A stretch of 64,000 nt of DNA from Desulfatiglandales bacterium (GTDB lineage: Bacteria > Desulfobacterota > DSM-4660 > Desulfatiglandales > Desulfatiglandaceae). Location: NCBI GenBank assembly GCA_963662465.1, contig OY759599.1:4384001-4448000 (forward strand), read 5' to 3'. Below the pieces are notes generated by a model, which saw only the letters and a list, made by a program, of their open reading frames with translations, was not told the DNA's origin and ran no database searches. Each line of letters begins with the position of its first letter. Position 1 is the first letter of the stretch. The translations under genes were made by a program, and so were the position numbers. Positions 9,626-20,137 of this stretch are shown here, in pieces.

Positions 9626-10621
9626 TCAAAGGCTCTCAAGGAATGTTAGCAAAGGGTCTTCAGGAAGATACCGATCAGGTATGGAACCACTTGCAGTGGT
9701 ATGGGCAAGGGCTTGCTCCTTAATTCCCATATCAGCATGCAAGTAGATTTGTGTTGTCTCATTTGATTCGTGCCCGAGCCAGAGAGCAATCACGGTCAGA
9801 TCAACACCACGTCGGAGCAGGCTCATGGCCGCCGAATGCCGCAAGGTGTGGGGTGTAACTGTTTTCCCTTTTAGGGATGGACATGTATGACTCGCCATGG
9901 CTGCATGTTTGGCAACGAGTCGCTGGAGAGCATCTGCACTGAGACGTAAACCGCGTGAGCTTGGGAAGAGAGGATCTTGTGGATGGCCATCTTGCTCCTT
10001 TAACCATTTCTTCAGCACTGCGACGACATCAGGGCGCAAAGGGGTACATCGCATCTTTCGACCCTTTCCGAGGCAACGGACGTGAGCACCGGTGCCGAGT
10101 TCCACATCCTTGCACTGAAGCGATGTGATTTCGCTATTTCGCAATCCTGTCTGTAAGGCGAGCAACAGGAGCGCTCGGTCACGCCTGCCGATCCATTTTT
10201 TTGAATCGGGAACTGCAACAAGAGCGGCAGTTTCTTCATCCGACAGGAACTCAACCGGACGGCGCTCGTACCGTTTGGCAGGGATCGCCAGAACCCTCTG
10301 ACAGTGCAATGACAGTGCGGGTTCACTGAAGGACACATACCGAAAGAAACCCTGCAGGGCGGAAAGGCGGTTATTCCGTGTCCGGATGCAATTACAGCGA
10401 TCAAATTCAAGGTGTTGAATAAACTTGCACAGGAAAGAAACATCGAGCTCTTCTATGCGCAGTTCAGAAGGCGAACGCCCGAAGTGTTTCGCGGCGAAGC
10501 GAAGCAACAGACGGAAGGTATCCCGGTATGCGGCAACAGTGTGCGGACTGGCGCCAAGCTGTGCGAGCAATCTGTCCGTAAAGAAACGCTGGAGAAGTGA
10601 TGAAAAGCTGGAGGCTTTCAT
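9626..10621 (-). CDS. RIT tyrosine recombinase (third gene)
   Basis: TGLR, GKGRK, HTLRH, LGHE and TQIY catalytic motifs. Confidence 0.9.
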   Translation of the reverse strand: MKASSFSSLLQRFFTDRLLAQLGASPHTVAAYRDTFRLLLRFAAKHFGRSPSELRIEELDVSFLCKFIQHLEFDRCNCIRTRNNRLSALQGFFRYVSFSEPALSLHCQRVLAIPAKRYERRPVEFLSDEETAALVAVPDSKKWIGRRDRALLLLALQTGLRNSEITSLQCKDVELGTGAHVRCLGKGRKMRCTPLRPDVVAVLKKWLKEQDGHPQDPLFPSSRGLRLSADALQRLVAKHAAMASHTCPSLKGKTVTPHTLRHSAAMSLLRRGVDLTVIALWLGHESNETTQIYLHADMGIKEQALAHTTASGSIPDRYLPEDPLLTFLESL

Positions 10622-11559
10622 TGTGCACCTCCTTGCCGGCCCATGTGCTCGGAAGCGAGCTGGAGGAGCTCCGGGACCGCCTCAATATACCAATAAGTAT
10701 GACTGACGTTTGAGTGGCCGAGATAGGAAGTGAGCTTTGGCAACTCTCTGTTCACGTCCAATCCGGCCTGATACCATTTGATAATTCTTCTTGTTGCAAA
10801 CGTATGCCTAAAATCCTGAAGCCTTGGTCCGCGACCGATTCGGCAGCCATCTTTTGCAGTTCGAAGACCGACAGCACATGATACTTTGGCGAATGTACGT
10901 CGGGCGGATCCAAGACTTAGTCTTGTGCCTCGTTCGGAGACAAAAAAACTGTTGGTCTGAAAACGTGTGTAAAAGTTATTGCGTCGATTTGCATAATCCA
11001 AAAGGGCGGAACATGTCGAATCGTCAATCGGAACAAAACGGGACTTTCCAAATTTCGTCTGCCGAATTACAAGAATACCGTTCTTTAGATCCACATCAGA
11101 CAGATTCAAAGCTACCACTTCACCTGGCCGAATACCCGTAACGGCAAGAAGACCTATGAGCGTCACATAGGTTAATGCGCGCAATCCCATCGGTGACGGG
11201 AGCAAAGCGGCCTCGATCATGAGATGTTCTATTTCCTGTTCGGTATAGATGTAGGGCTTACTGCGCCGATGACGGGCATTGAGGAGCCGTTTTGGCGGTA
11301 CTTCCGTTCGCGGGTCGAATGCACTCAGCCAAGCACCAAACTGCCTGACCATAGTAAGCCGGCGTGCCCATGTCGCTCTTTGCACATGCTTTGGCTGGCA
11401 CGCCCAACGAAGGGCGAGATCAGTGGTGATGAATTTTGCTCCCTGAAGGTCAAGGAAATCTACAAAATAGCCAAGTGTCGTGGCTGGCTCTTGTAGACGA
11501 GTACCGAGGGCACGGCGGACTGTTAAATACCGTGCAAGTGCGTCACGGATTGCAGTCAT
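10618..11559 (-). CDS. RIT tyrosine recombinase (second gene)
   Basis: TGIR, TKFGKSR, QDFRHTFA, YLGH and TYWY motifs; ATGA overlap with its neighbours. Confidence 0.9.
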   Translation of the reverse strand: MTAIRDALARYLTVRRALGTRLQEPATTLGYFVDFLDLQGAKFITTDLALRWACQPKHVQRATWARRLTMVRQFGAWLSAFDPRTEVPPKRLLNARHRRSKPYIYTEQEIEHLMIEAALLPSPMGLRALTYVTLIGLLAVTGIRPGEVVALNLSDVDLKNGILVIRQTKFGKSRFVPIDDSTCSALLDYANRRNNFYTRFQTNSFFVSERGTRLSLGSARRTFAKVSCAVGLRTAKDGCRIGRGPRLQDFRHTFATRRIIKWYQAGLDVNRELPKLTSYLGHSNVSHTYWYIEAVPELLQLASEHMGRQGGAQ

Positions 11560-11856
11560 CGCACACCTCCTTGACCCGGCCAAGGCGGAGCAATCCTTGG
11601 GCGCTAACCAAAATGGAACCAGTTTTGCTACTCCAAACGGAACCAGATATTGCGCACTGGTCTTTTCCTTTTAGAAGGGTTTTCTTGTAAATTTGTTAGA
11701 GGTTGCATGAAAGAGTATATCAGATGGTATTTTAAAAATGCTGGTGAGACACGTAGCGTTCTGGTTGAAGAATCAGTGATGAGGATACCATCAATATGGT
11801 GATGGCAGAGAAGAGGGGATTAGATTTTTCGGTTAAGGGCAATGCTTATTGAGGAA

Positions 11857-12066
11857 CTATTTGTCTATGTCATAGTCGTCCGGTAAATTCAGGAGGCCTC
11901 CCTTCGCCAATTGATCCTCAATCAAATATCCAATTTCCCCGTTTTTTTTCAGCTGTAGAATCATCCATTTGGGGAGACGAATGGTGAGCAGTTCACGTCT
12001 CAAATGTTCCGGTTTCTTTCTTCGGCCGGCGCCTACCCGTTTTCCACCTCTCATTTCAAGCTCCAA
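11857..12066 (-). CDS. Small basic hypothetical protein, possibly DNA-binding
   Basis: RGGKRVGAGR...TIRLP motif. Confidence 0.5.
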   Translation of the reverse strand: MELEMRGGKRVGAGRRKKPEHLRRELLTIRLPKWMILQLKKNGEIGYLIEDQLAKGGLLNLPDDYDIDK

Positions 12067-12152
12067 GACAAGGTAATTTCTGATATTCGTGTAACGAGAT
12101 TCAAACAGACCGGTGATATTCAGACCTCAAAACCGGCCCTTTGGCGAACATC

Positions 12153-12872
12153 TCATTTTCTGAGGGAAGGACCATCAATATGAATGTTGATGCAGCGATG
12201 GTTGAGACGATCCAGCAAGGCATCGACCATGTCCTTTGGTTCAAGCAGCGAATACCATTGTTCAGGTTGAAGATTGGTCGTAATAATTGTGGACCGACCG
12301 GCTTCATAGCGATCTTTCATGAGTTTAAAAAAGGCGTTCATCTGCTCTTTTTTGAGGGTCAGGTATCCCAGTTCATCGAGCAGAAGCAGGTCATATCTGC
12401 AAAGGGCATTGAGGAGTTTCGGGGTGGACCGATCTGCCAAAGACGCATAGAGCTGATCCAGCAAATCCTGAACATTATAAAAACGCCCCCGGTACCCGGC
12501 AATAATGGCTTGACGAAGGATCCCCACGGCCAATCCCGTTTTGCCGACGCCGGTTTTTCCATGGAACACGATGTTTTCTCTTCGGCTGATAAAGTCAAGG
12601 CCGGACAACGTCATGATCCGGCTCTTCTGTATTCCCGGCTGAAGATCAAACGGAAAGGAGTTGAGGGTCCATTCCCATGGAAGCTTTGCAATCTGGACCC
12701 GATAGATCATGCTGCGCTCCTGCCGGAAACGTAATTCCTCAGCCAGGAGATTGTAGATGACCTCGTGAATGGAAAAACCGTTCTTTTCAGCCGAAGCCAA
12801 CTGTTCTTCGAGAGCCTTCAGCATGCCTTTAAACTTCAAATCAATGAGTAACTGTTCAATTTTCTTTTTCAT
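12153..12872 (-). CDS. istB: IS21 helper ATPase IstB
   Basis: Walker A GKTGVGKT; LLLDELGY, IITTN and ALLDRL motifs. Confidence 0.93.
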   Translation of the reverse strand: MKKKIEQLLIDLKFKGMLKALEEQLASAEKNGFSIHEVIYNLLAEELRFRQERSMIYRVQIAKLPWEWTLNSFPFDLQPGIQKSRIMTLSGLDFISRRENIVFHGKTGVGKTGLAVGILRQAIIAGYRGRFYNVQDLLDQLYASLADRSTPKLLNALCRYDLLLLDELGYLTLKKEQMNAFFKLMKDRYEAGRSTIITTNLQPEQWYSLLEPKDMVDALLDRLNHRCINIHIDGPSLRK

Positions 12873-14251
12873 AGATCAAAAAAGTCTCCCGCGATATAAT
12901 CGAGAATAATGTTTTCCAGACGCGACAAATCAAAAAGTCCATATTTAAGCGCCTGTGTTATGGCTTTCAAAAAAGGTTCCCCGGGATAAGTGCGTTTCAG
13001 ATGAAGCAACCGACGTAACTTGACCACACCGCGACCGTGACTTCTTTTCTTCAGTTCAGCCACATACTCATCCAGGATGGCATCCTCTCCCGTCAACAGC
13101 TGTTCTTCTTTTGAAGGGATTCGGGGATCTTTTTTTCTTCGAATGGGAACATGGTGACCGGGCAGGGTTGTTCGGGTGTTGCGTTTATCCAGTATGCGGT
13201 CATGTTCCGCCACTTTTGTGTTTTTGTCGTAAACGATGACCTTGAGCCAATGTTTCTGTACTTCCAGGGAGTTCCCAATCAGCGCTTCAGGGACTGAATA
13301 GCGGTTGGTGTCCAAGTGCACATATCCCTGAACATCGGCTACCCTGTGTTCTGCCACATAGACTGGCGGCTGGTATGCCGGTAAATCAATGAGATATGGC
13401 TTTTCAATGACATAGGCCTCATCCGGCGTCATCCCTAAAGCCCGTTTAAACTTTTTATCGCTTGTATTCCGGCACCAGTCGATTGCCTGCCGGTTCAAAT
13501 CCTGCCAGCTAACAAATGTTCTACCGGGAAGAAAATTGTTTTCCACAAAATGAAAAGGCCTTTCCACACGGGCACTTCGATTGGCGTCTCCTACAGCATG
13601 GGCCTCAAACCGGGTTCCATACATATCGCCGAAGTATTTCATTTCAGGCGCAATCAATGCATCAGGCCCGGTGCCGCCGGCCACAATAACATTGGTGTTG
13701 TCAACCATGCACCGGGAACACACCCCGTCCATAAACTCGAATGCTTTTTTTAGGAAAACCTTGCACTCAAACCGGGTAAAACAGGGGTAATACTGAATAA
13801 AAATCCTTCGGCAAAAGGCCAGGGTCAGGGACGCGCACTGGGTCGACATTTTTTTCCCATTAATGACAACCAGATGGGGTGACGTATCATGCTGCATCTC
13901 CTGACCGGGTTTAAAATGGTATTGGCCCGCCCGTCTTTTTTTACGTTCCCGGATCTCGTACTTTCTCATAATCCAGGTCAGACTCTGATAAGGGATTTTG
14001 ATCTGTTGGCGGCTTTCCAGTTCCTCGGCTACTCGCACGGCATTTCCTTTACATTCCTTGAAAAGCTCGCGGATCAACGGGACATGTTCTTCATACCGGG
14101 AGTTCCTTTGGGGTACCGCCTCTTCGTCATGATCATCTAAAACCTTCGTGACGGTATTGCGACCGGCCTTCAGGGTTTTGGCGATGTCGCGCAAACTCAT
14201 GCCGGTTTTTTTCAATTCCACAATGGCATCTTTTTTGGATTGTCGGATCAT
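12869..14251 (-). CDS. istA: IS21 transposase IstA
   Basis: N-terminal HTH, PGQEMQHD, VDN, ARVERPF, NRYSVP. Confidence 0.92.
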   Translation of the reverse strand: MIRQSKKDAIVELKKTGMSLRDIAKTLKAGRNTVTKVLDDHDEEAVPQRNSRYEEHVPLIRELFKECKGNAVRVAEELESRQQIKIPYQSLTWIMRKYEIRERKKRRAGQYHFKPGQEMQHDTSPHLVVINGKKMSTQCASLTLAFCRRIFIQYYPCFTRFECKVFLKKAFEFMDGVCSRCMVDNTNVIVAGGTGPDALIAPEMKYFGDMYGTRFEAHAVGDANRSARVERPFHFVENNFLPGRTFVSWQDLNRQAIDWCRNTSDKKFKRALGMTPDEAYVIEKPYLIDLPAYQPPVYVAEHRVADVQGYVHLDTNRYSVPEALIGNSLEVQKHWLKVIVYDKNTKVAEHDRILDKRNTRTTLPGHHVPIRRKKDPRIPSKEEQLLTGEDAILDEYVAELKKRSHGRGVVKLRRLLHLKRTYPGEPFLKAITQALKYGLFDLSRLENIILDYIAGDFFDL

Positions 14252-15132
14252 AATTGGGTCGCTTTCTTGAGTTCCAGTGCTTGTTTTTCTATCTTTTTCA
14301 CCCAGGTTTTGAGCGTTTGTTTCTTCAACTGATCGCTTTTTGGGTAATGGACATGCGAAACGGTTTTCACCAGACGTTTGAGAACCGCATATACCATTTC
14401 AATATCCTTGAACCATTTGCCTTCCGGTCCATCATGAACTTCTTTGGCTTGTTTAGACTGGGTTCTTTGTTCGAGAACTTTTATGAAAAGGGATGGATTT
14501 TCCAGCATGTGGTCTCGAACAGACCGGTTGCTTTTCTGGTAATGTGCGTAGAAACGGGCCAGTTCCCTTGTGGATAGAGGTTCTTTTTCCAGGTGGGCCA
14601 ACAGTTTTTGTGCGTCTTCACCGTTGGCGCGCGCCAACGGCGCCATGACACGGCTGGCAGCCCAGGTTGAAAGTGAGCCTGCAATCACGGTTCTCAAAAT
14701 ATTTTCCGGCAGGGCTTCAACCAGGTCCAGCCGCCGTTTTACAAAACTCTTGTCGCGCCCTATTCGGGTTGCAATATGGGAGAGGCTGCACCCAAAACGC
14801 CGATGTAATTCCTGAAGTAAAACAGACTGCTCAATGACTTCCCATTGCCGTTCATTGGCCTTGGTTAAAAGCGAAAACATGGCATTTTGTTCGTTTTCTT
14901 TTGAGAATTGGACACATATCCGGTCCTTTCCACAAGCACAAAGCGCTCGAACACGCAGGTAGCCATCAATCAGAATCAGTTTGTCTTTTTCTTCAATAGC
15001 CAGGGCCGGAACGATCTGCCCGTAAGTTTCGATGGAATCCCTCAATCGCTTTAAAGCCTGGTGATTCATTATCCGGCAATGAGCGTAACGCAACTCCAGC
15101 AAATGAATATCAACGGTTCGGATGGATTCCAT
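14248..15132 (-). CDS. ParB/Srx N-terminal domain protein with HTH
   Basis: SIETYGQIVP and LIDGYLRVRA (ParB box-like); HTH IATRIGRDKSFVKRRL; overlaps the istA start. Confidence 0.8.
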   Translation of the reverse strand: MESIRTVDIHLLELRYAHCRIMNHQALKRLRDSIETYGQIVPALAIEEKDKLILIDGYLRVRALCACGKDRICVQFSKENEQNAMFSLLTKANERQWEVIEQSVLLQELHRRFGCSLSHIATRIGRDKSFVKRRLDLVEALPENILRTVIAGSLSTWAASRVMAPLARANGEDAQKLLAHLEKEPLSTRELARFYAHYQKSNRSVRDHMLENPSLFIKVLEQRTQSKQAKEVHDGPEGKWFKDIEMVYAVLKRLVKTVSHVHYPKSDQLKKQTLKTWVKKIEKQALELKKATQL

Positions 15133-15529
15133 ACCCAGTCTCCCGAAAGATTTCCTCTATGGTTTCTCCAAGACTGACCCAATTTCCTTGCCGGATCTCC
15201 TTTACCTGTTTCACAATCACAGGACGTCTGGGAAGCGAAAGAACCTGAAACAGACGGCCATCAAACCCAATCAGATCCTTGTCCAACAAGCCATCGCGGG
15301 CATCGATATATTGATCCAAATGCACCTTTAAAATCCGGCAGATTCTGTCGTAACCATAATAAGAGAGCCCGTTTTTGTCAGATACCAACACCAGAAAAAT
15401 GTAGAGCAGCAGCTCATGATGATTCAGGCTCTCCCAAAAGCCGTTTCTCAAAAAACGATGCTCCAGAAAGCCGAAGCTTCCATTGATGACACGCACTCTT
15501 TCGGGAAAAAGGACTCTTTTTTTGATCAT
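15110..15529 (-). CDS. Hypothetical winged-helix-like protein
   Basis: LLYIFLVLVSDKNGLSYYG..ICRIL; in an operon with the ParB-like gene. Confidence 0.65.
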   Translation of the reverse strand: MIKKRVLFPERVRVINGSFGFLEHRFLRNGFWESLNHHELLLYIFLVLVSDKNGLSYYGYDRICRILKVHLDQYIDARDGLLDKDLIGFDGRLFQVLSLPRRPVIVKQVKEIRQGNWVSLGETIEEIFRETGYGIHPNR

Positions 15530-15541
15530 TTTTTTCTCCTG

Positions 15542-15985
15542 TCATGGATATGGGGTTTTCTCAAAGCCTGTTACATCTGAAAAAACCCTCCCTGCATAAG
15601 CACGGCGAGGAAAATGGTCCACAACAACCCCGATCGACCCGCAAAAAAGACAGCTGGGTCGGTTCCCCGACCGCTTTTTGGGTTCAATATCACAGTCTTT
15701 TTGAGGTGTTGAACTATCATCACCAGGGTTCAGTCCATTTTTTTTGGATTTTTTTGTTTTTTCGTACAAACGACGGCGCTCTTTCCCTTTTTTCGAATTG
15801 CGGTATTTCCCCTGAGCTTTCCGGTGCAGCTGTCTTTGGCGTATCCTGCGACATCGTTCCCCACAATAGGCCTGGCCACGCCAACACGACCGACAGACGT
15901 GAAAAAAGCAACCACAACATCGGCATTGAACCACTCTTAAAAGGACATCTCCCATCATTCCGGCCTTGCAATTGGCCGGAAACAC
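15542..15985 (-). CDS. Cys-rich hypothetical protein
   Basis: CxxC...CRSCWRGQAYC...C and a C-terminal CLFCG; start codon uncertain. Confidence 0.55.
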   Translation of the reverse strand: MFPANCKAGMMGDVLLRVVQCRCCGCFFHVCRSCWRGQAYCGERCRRIRQRQLHRKAQGKYRNSKKGKERRRLYEKTKKSKKNGLNPGDDSSTPQKDCDIEPKKRSGNRPSCLFCGSIGVVVDHFPRRAYAGRVFSDVTGFEKTPYP

Positions 15986-16319
15986 ACTTATATAAAATTG
16001 GCGTGTGTGTGGCTTCCGGCTCTATCCGGTGGTCAAAAAAGAAGGCCCGAAGCGGCTACTTCGGGCCTTCACCATCCATTCTACAAAGTAAATCGCATTT
16101 CCACTTAACCAAGCCTCTGTCTTGGAAGAAGAAAACCAAATCCAAAGAAAATAGATTTTATAAAAATTTATTGAAAAGTAAATCTACATCAACGACTCCT
16201 TTGCCGCCACTTATGGATCCCTCATCGTCCGCTATACCTGAGGGCCGTACTCACTGGCGGTGACAGCCAATGGTTCAATTTCCATTAGCAAACTTGGTTC
16301 AGTTTTGATTAGCGTTGAA

Positions 16320-17532
16320 GAGCAATCTCACGGAGTGTCTCGAAATCGACCTTCGCGTAAATGGCTGTGGAACTCTGGGATTGATGACGGAGAACCTCAG
16401 AGATCTCAGCGATGGAGGCACCCTGGCGGATCATTCTGGTGGCCAGACCGTGGCGGAAGAGATGGGCTGCGCCACGGCTCGGAGCACATATGCCGGCTCG
16501 GGCAAATGCAAGGCGTACAATATGGCCAATCGCCCCTGGGCCGGCCAAGCCAACGCGTGGAGCAATCATTCGCAGAAAAACCCGTCGCGATACGCTATCT
16601 CCTCTGTCTTGACGTAGATAAACCGCTAAAGCATCTCCGACATCTGAGACCAATGGTAGTCGGTCCTGTACTTGGCCCTTGCCGCGAATAACGATCTCCC
16701 CGATCCGCCAGAGGATGTCACCGAGTTCTATCGTGATTATCTCTCCCGCACGCAGACCGAGTCGTGCAAGAAGAAGCAAAATGGCATAATCGCGTCTTCC
16801 ACGTGGCGTCGACAGATCGGTTGACGAAAGGATCCTTTCTACCTGGTCGGGGGTTAGAAAGCCAATTACCTCGGACTGATGCCATTTACGGACTCTGGGA
16901 ATCGATAGGGAAAAATCAATTGTTATTTCTTTGCGAAGGTAAAGAAACCGCAAGAATGATCGGAGGGCGGCGGCCAGAAGCCTCGAGTATTCTCTCGACC
17001 GGTTTTGAATGCGATCGAGGAGGAAATTTTGGATTGTCAGGGCATCCAATGCATGGAAAGAGATGCAACCGGTTTGGGCTAACCGATCATTGAGAAAATC
17101 ACTGATGAAAGGCGAATAAACAAGAATTGAGTTTTCGGCGAGTCCTCGCTCCTTTCGCAGGTATTCTATGTAGGTCCGCTTAAAATCATCCACGGGTGAA
17201 GCATCAAGTATTGGAGGATTTGGAACCACACCTTCTTGGCGCAGATAGCTGAGAAAAAGCCGCAGGGCAGCCATTTCGAATTTTATCCGGGCTTTTTGCC
17301 TTTTGTGCAAACGCTCCACGAATTCGGTCAGATGGGATTCGTTTAGATCGTTTACAGTAAGCCGCTTCCCCACTGTCCATCGGGCAAAAGAGGCAGCAAC
17401 TGGACGCTTTTTCCGTAGCGTCCGTTCTGCATACCCCAGAGTGCGAAGGTGTGATAGGAAGGAGTTGACATGGGTTTGACATAGGTTCGAATGCGGGTTG
17501 TTTTTCGATACGAAATTACTGAATGTTTTCAT
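16320..17532 (-). pseudogene. RIT tyrosine recombinase (first gene); its last ~10 codons are displaced to 11556-11595 by the IS21-like insertion
   Basis: LGLR, GKG, HLFRH, LRH and TAIYAKVD motifs; the rejoined end reads EIAPPWPGQGGVR*. Confidence 0.85.
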
Positions 17533-17667
17533 GTGGTCTCTCCTTTCGTTTGGCGGGATTGCCAAACCGAAGATCCCACAAAAATTATGCCGCGTCAGCA
17601 ACTACTTCAAGGCACGAATAATCCCACAAAATTCTTGTAATGCGGCATAATCCGGGAGTCGGCATTA

Positions 17668-17908
17668 CATCTGCGAAAGGGCTTTGAAAAAGGCCATTCT
17701 TCACAGAAAAAACTCCCTGTTTTACAAAACAGAGCATGGCGCCCTCATTGGAGACATCTTTATGAGCCTTATTCAGACCTGTGCCATGAACGGAGAAAAT
17801 CCGTACGAATATCTCCTGGCCATTCACAAAAATCCCGAGCTGGTAAAAGTAAACCCCGAAAACTGGCTTCCCTGGAATTACAGGCAAAATCTAAATTCCC
17901 AGCCTTAG
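17668..17908 (+). pseudogene. IS66 TnpC C-terminal part
   Basis: Continues DNNIC|ERALKKAILHRKNSLF...SLIQTC...NPYEYL...LPW. Confidence 0.9.
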
Positions 17909-18029
17909 TAACTCACAGATAATCAGATCGACAGAAGACGCCGGATAACGGAGCTCGCCACCTAGCGTCTTCCGGCCACCCAAAAAAAAATGAAAAAATT
18001 TGCCCTATGCAGGCTTGCAGAAAGGACAC

Positions 18030-18098
18030 GATCAACGGCACAAACAGGCGGGTCCATGTTCCTCTGTTTGTGCAGCACCGTAGACCAGTTTGTTCGAA
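18030..18098 (-). other. Truncated attC, cut by the probable IS66 right end
   Basis: R'' TTCGAAC lies just after the antitoxin stop; stem GCACAAACAG/CTGTTTGTGC; R' absent. Confidence 0.55.
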
Positions 18099-18107
18099 TC
18101 GATTTCA

Positions 18108-18335
18108 TTAAGCTTGGGCTTTATTTATGCGCTCTGCAATCCAGCTTTTGATTACGGATTGCGTCGCGATTCCAAGCCGCTTCGCTTCGCGATCGAGCAA
18201 TTCGATCATCCAGACCGGGAAGTCTACATTGATCCGCTTGTACTCGTGACCCGGACGGGTAGCCTTGGAGAAGTCGAGGTATTTGTCGACGTCTTCTCCA
18301 TCGTCAAACTTTTTGTCAAACTCCTTAGTCTTCAT
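18108..18335 (-). CDS. BrnA/CopG-like antitoxin
   Basis: EFDKKFDDGEDV...RINVDFPVWMI..LDREAKRLG...IKSWIAER. Confidence 0.85.
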   Translation of the reverse strand: MKTKEFDKKFDDGEDVDKYLDFSKATRPGHEYKRINVDFPVWMIELLDREAKRLGIATQSVIKSWIAERINKAQA

Positions 18336-18524
18336 ATCGTTCTATCTCCTTCGTACGTGAACGCCGGACGGAGATGATCCTTATTCTATCGCCGCGCGGT
18401 GTGAAAATCGCCGACCAATGCCTACTTCCGATTCGTCCGATCAACATGTAACGCGGTTCGCCTTGCGTGCGGGCAGGGACTTGCAGACGTTCTGGGTCCT
18501 CCCAGAGGGCTTGGGCCTCAACGA
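18325..18524 (-). pseudogene. 5'-truncated BrnT toxin fused in frame to an intron RT fragment
   Basis: FVEAQALWEDP...EPRYMLIG...IRIISVRRSR. Confidence 0.8.
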
Positions 18525-20137
18525 AGTTTATGTTCAAACCAGCACACTTTTCACGAAGTTCTTTCAGCGCCAGGTGTTGACTGTGACCCTCCCGAAATCC
18601 ATGGGAAACGTCATAAAACAAGGGCTCGTAAACCAGCCCCAGCAAAGCCGCCACCGCCTTCTGGACAATCTTGTCTTCCAGCGCCGGAATCCCTATCGGT
18701 CTCTTTTTACCGCCTTCCTTGTCCACCCATATGCGCTTGACCGGTGATGCAACGTACTGCCCTCTTCGCAGCCGTTCGTACAGTTTATAGAGGTTTTCAT
18801 TAAGATCGGCGGCATAGGTCTTCGCCGTTATCTTGTCAACTCCGGTCGACTCATTCTTACTCAAGCCCTTGAATGACTTTTTCAATAAATCAAAGTCTAT
18901 CCAATGCGCAAGTGATGTGAACACCGTTTGTGGATCGGCCATCCCCCGTATTGCTACCCGGGCAAGACTTGATTCACCGACCAGTACGGGGAGACCATGT
19001 GTACTCGGTTCTTCGGACTTCTGAGCAACCTGCTCCGCAATTTCCTGATTTTCCATTGATATGGGTTGTGACCTCTGAGTGTCTTCCATAGTTCCTATCA
19101 GAAAAACGTTATACCCTGCTTCACCTTCCCTACAGTGGGTCGCCTGGGCGTAACTTCCCCACCTTCCCGGCACCATCCTCGGCGCCATCGGTACTATGTT
19201 CCGCTAAGACTGCCAAAAGTCCCTCTCAAGCGCGTTCGCTTTTCGCTGTCCACACCTGATACCCTGTCTGCTTTCTTTCTTTGTGTTTCTTGCGACTCGT
19301 TTGCGGGTGAAAGCCTCCCGCTAACACCGGGGCTCTTGATCTCCCGGTACCCCTTGTCTTCCGGGTGTTTACACAAGGAGACTTTTGGCTCTCCCGAGTT
19401 CCCGAGCTATCCATTTGAATCCATGCCCTGGTCGTCGGGTAGAAATACGGCGCGCTCACCCTTAGGCAGAGAGTTTCCGTCTTGCACCCTTTCGGTTGTG
19501 CAGCGGGTTCCTAGTTCCGCCATAGCCAACGTTTCCGCAAGCCCCCCTCTCATCCCGGACGGTCGGATTTCCCGAGTCCGGTTGGCGGCCAGTGGTCTTC
19601 ATGTATTATCTCCGATACGCCTTCCCATATTACCGGAGGCTTAAGTACACGCCCACATACACCCCTCACTAATATGGTTTACTTATCGGATAGCCCGAGG
19701 CTCCGTTGACCAACTTTTACGGGCTCTGCGTCCCTTGTTTGGTGTCTTCCTTCCGGGCGACCACTGTACCGAGAGCCCCTTTGCCTTATCAGGGTATTAC
19801 CCCTCAAAGCGTCGCATTTACTGCGACATAGGCTGACATTACTCAACTCTCTTCGCTCATACGGGCTCATGCGCCGGACCAAACCCCTCTTGCTGCCTCG
19901 GCTTGTCACCTTGTGCAACACGTCTTCGCAGGTTGCTGCGTGCCCCTGCTGGGAGATGGCCCTTCCCGACGTTATCTCCTTAATCTTTATATGGGTGCCT
20001 GGACCCGTACCCCGCCGCGCTTCTCCGGTGCATTTGCTCGTTTCTTCCCGGAAAACATCGGCCTCACCTCAGTCTTAACAGGTTCGGCGCGCTGAAACCC
20101 CCACCGCATAGCAACTTCTACGATGGCCACCTTTTTC

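Larger units (their letters stand above)
11596..16319 (-). mobile_element. IS21-family element with passenger genes (4.7 kb)
   Basis: istA/istB; imperfect IRs CGCTAACCAAAATGGAACC / GGTTCAGTTTTGATTAGCG with internal repeats; 8-bp direct repeat GAGCAATC on both sides. Confidence 0.85.
9497..17667 (-). mobile_element. RIT (recombinase-in-trio) element, itself interrupted by an IS21-like element
   Basis: Three tandem tyrosine recombinases; 25-bp IRs TAATGCCGACTCCCGGATTATGCCG (9523-9547, 17643-17667); adjacent 20-bp near-palindrome at 9497-9516. Confidence 0.88.

Noticed and set aside
8286..9746. 486-aa intact IS66 transposase
   Set aside because: Residues after DNNIC are read-through into the RIT end; the true C-terminus is at 17668-17908.
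15544..16263. 239-aa plus-strand ORF
   Set aside because: Antisense to the IS21 passenger gene, with no recognisable motif.
18325..19188. Retron- or Abi-type RT-toxin defence fusion
   Set aside because: The RT stops before YADD and the toxin lacks its N-terminus; a deletion explains the fusion better.
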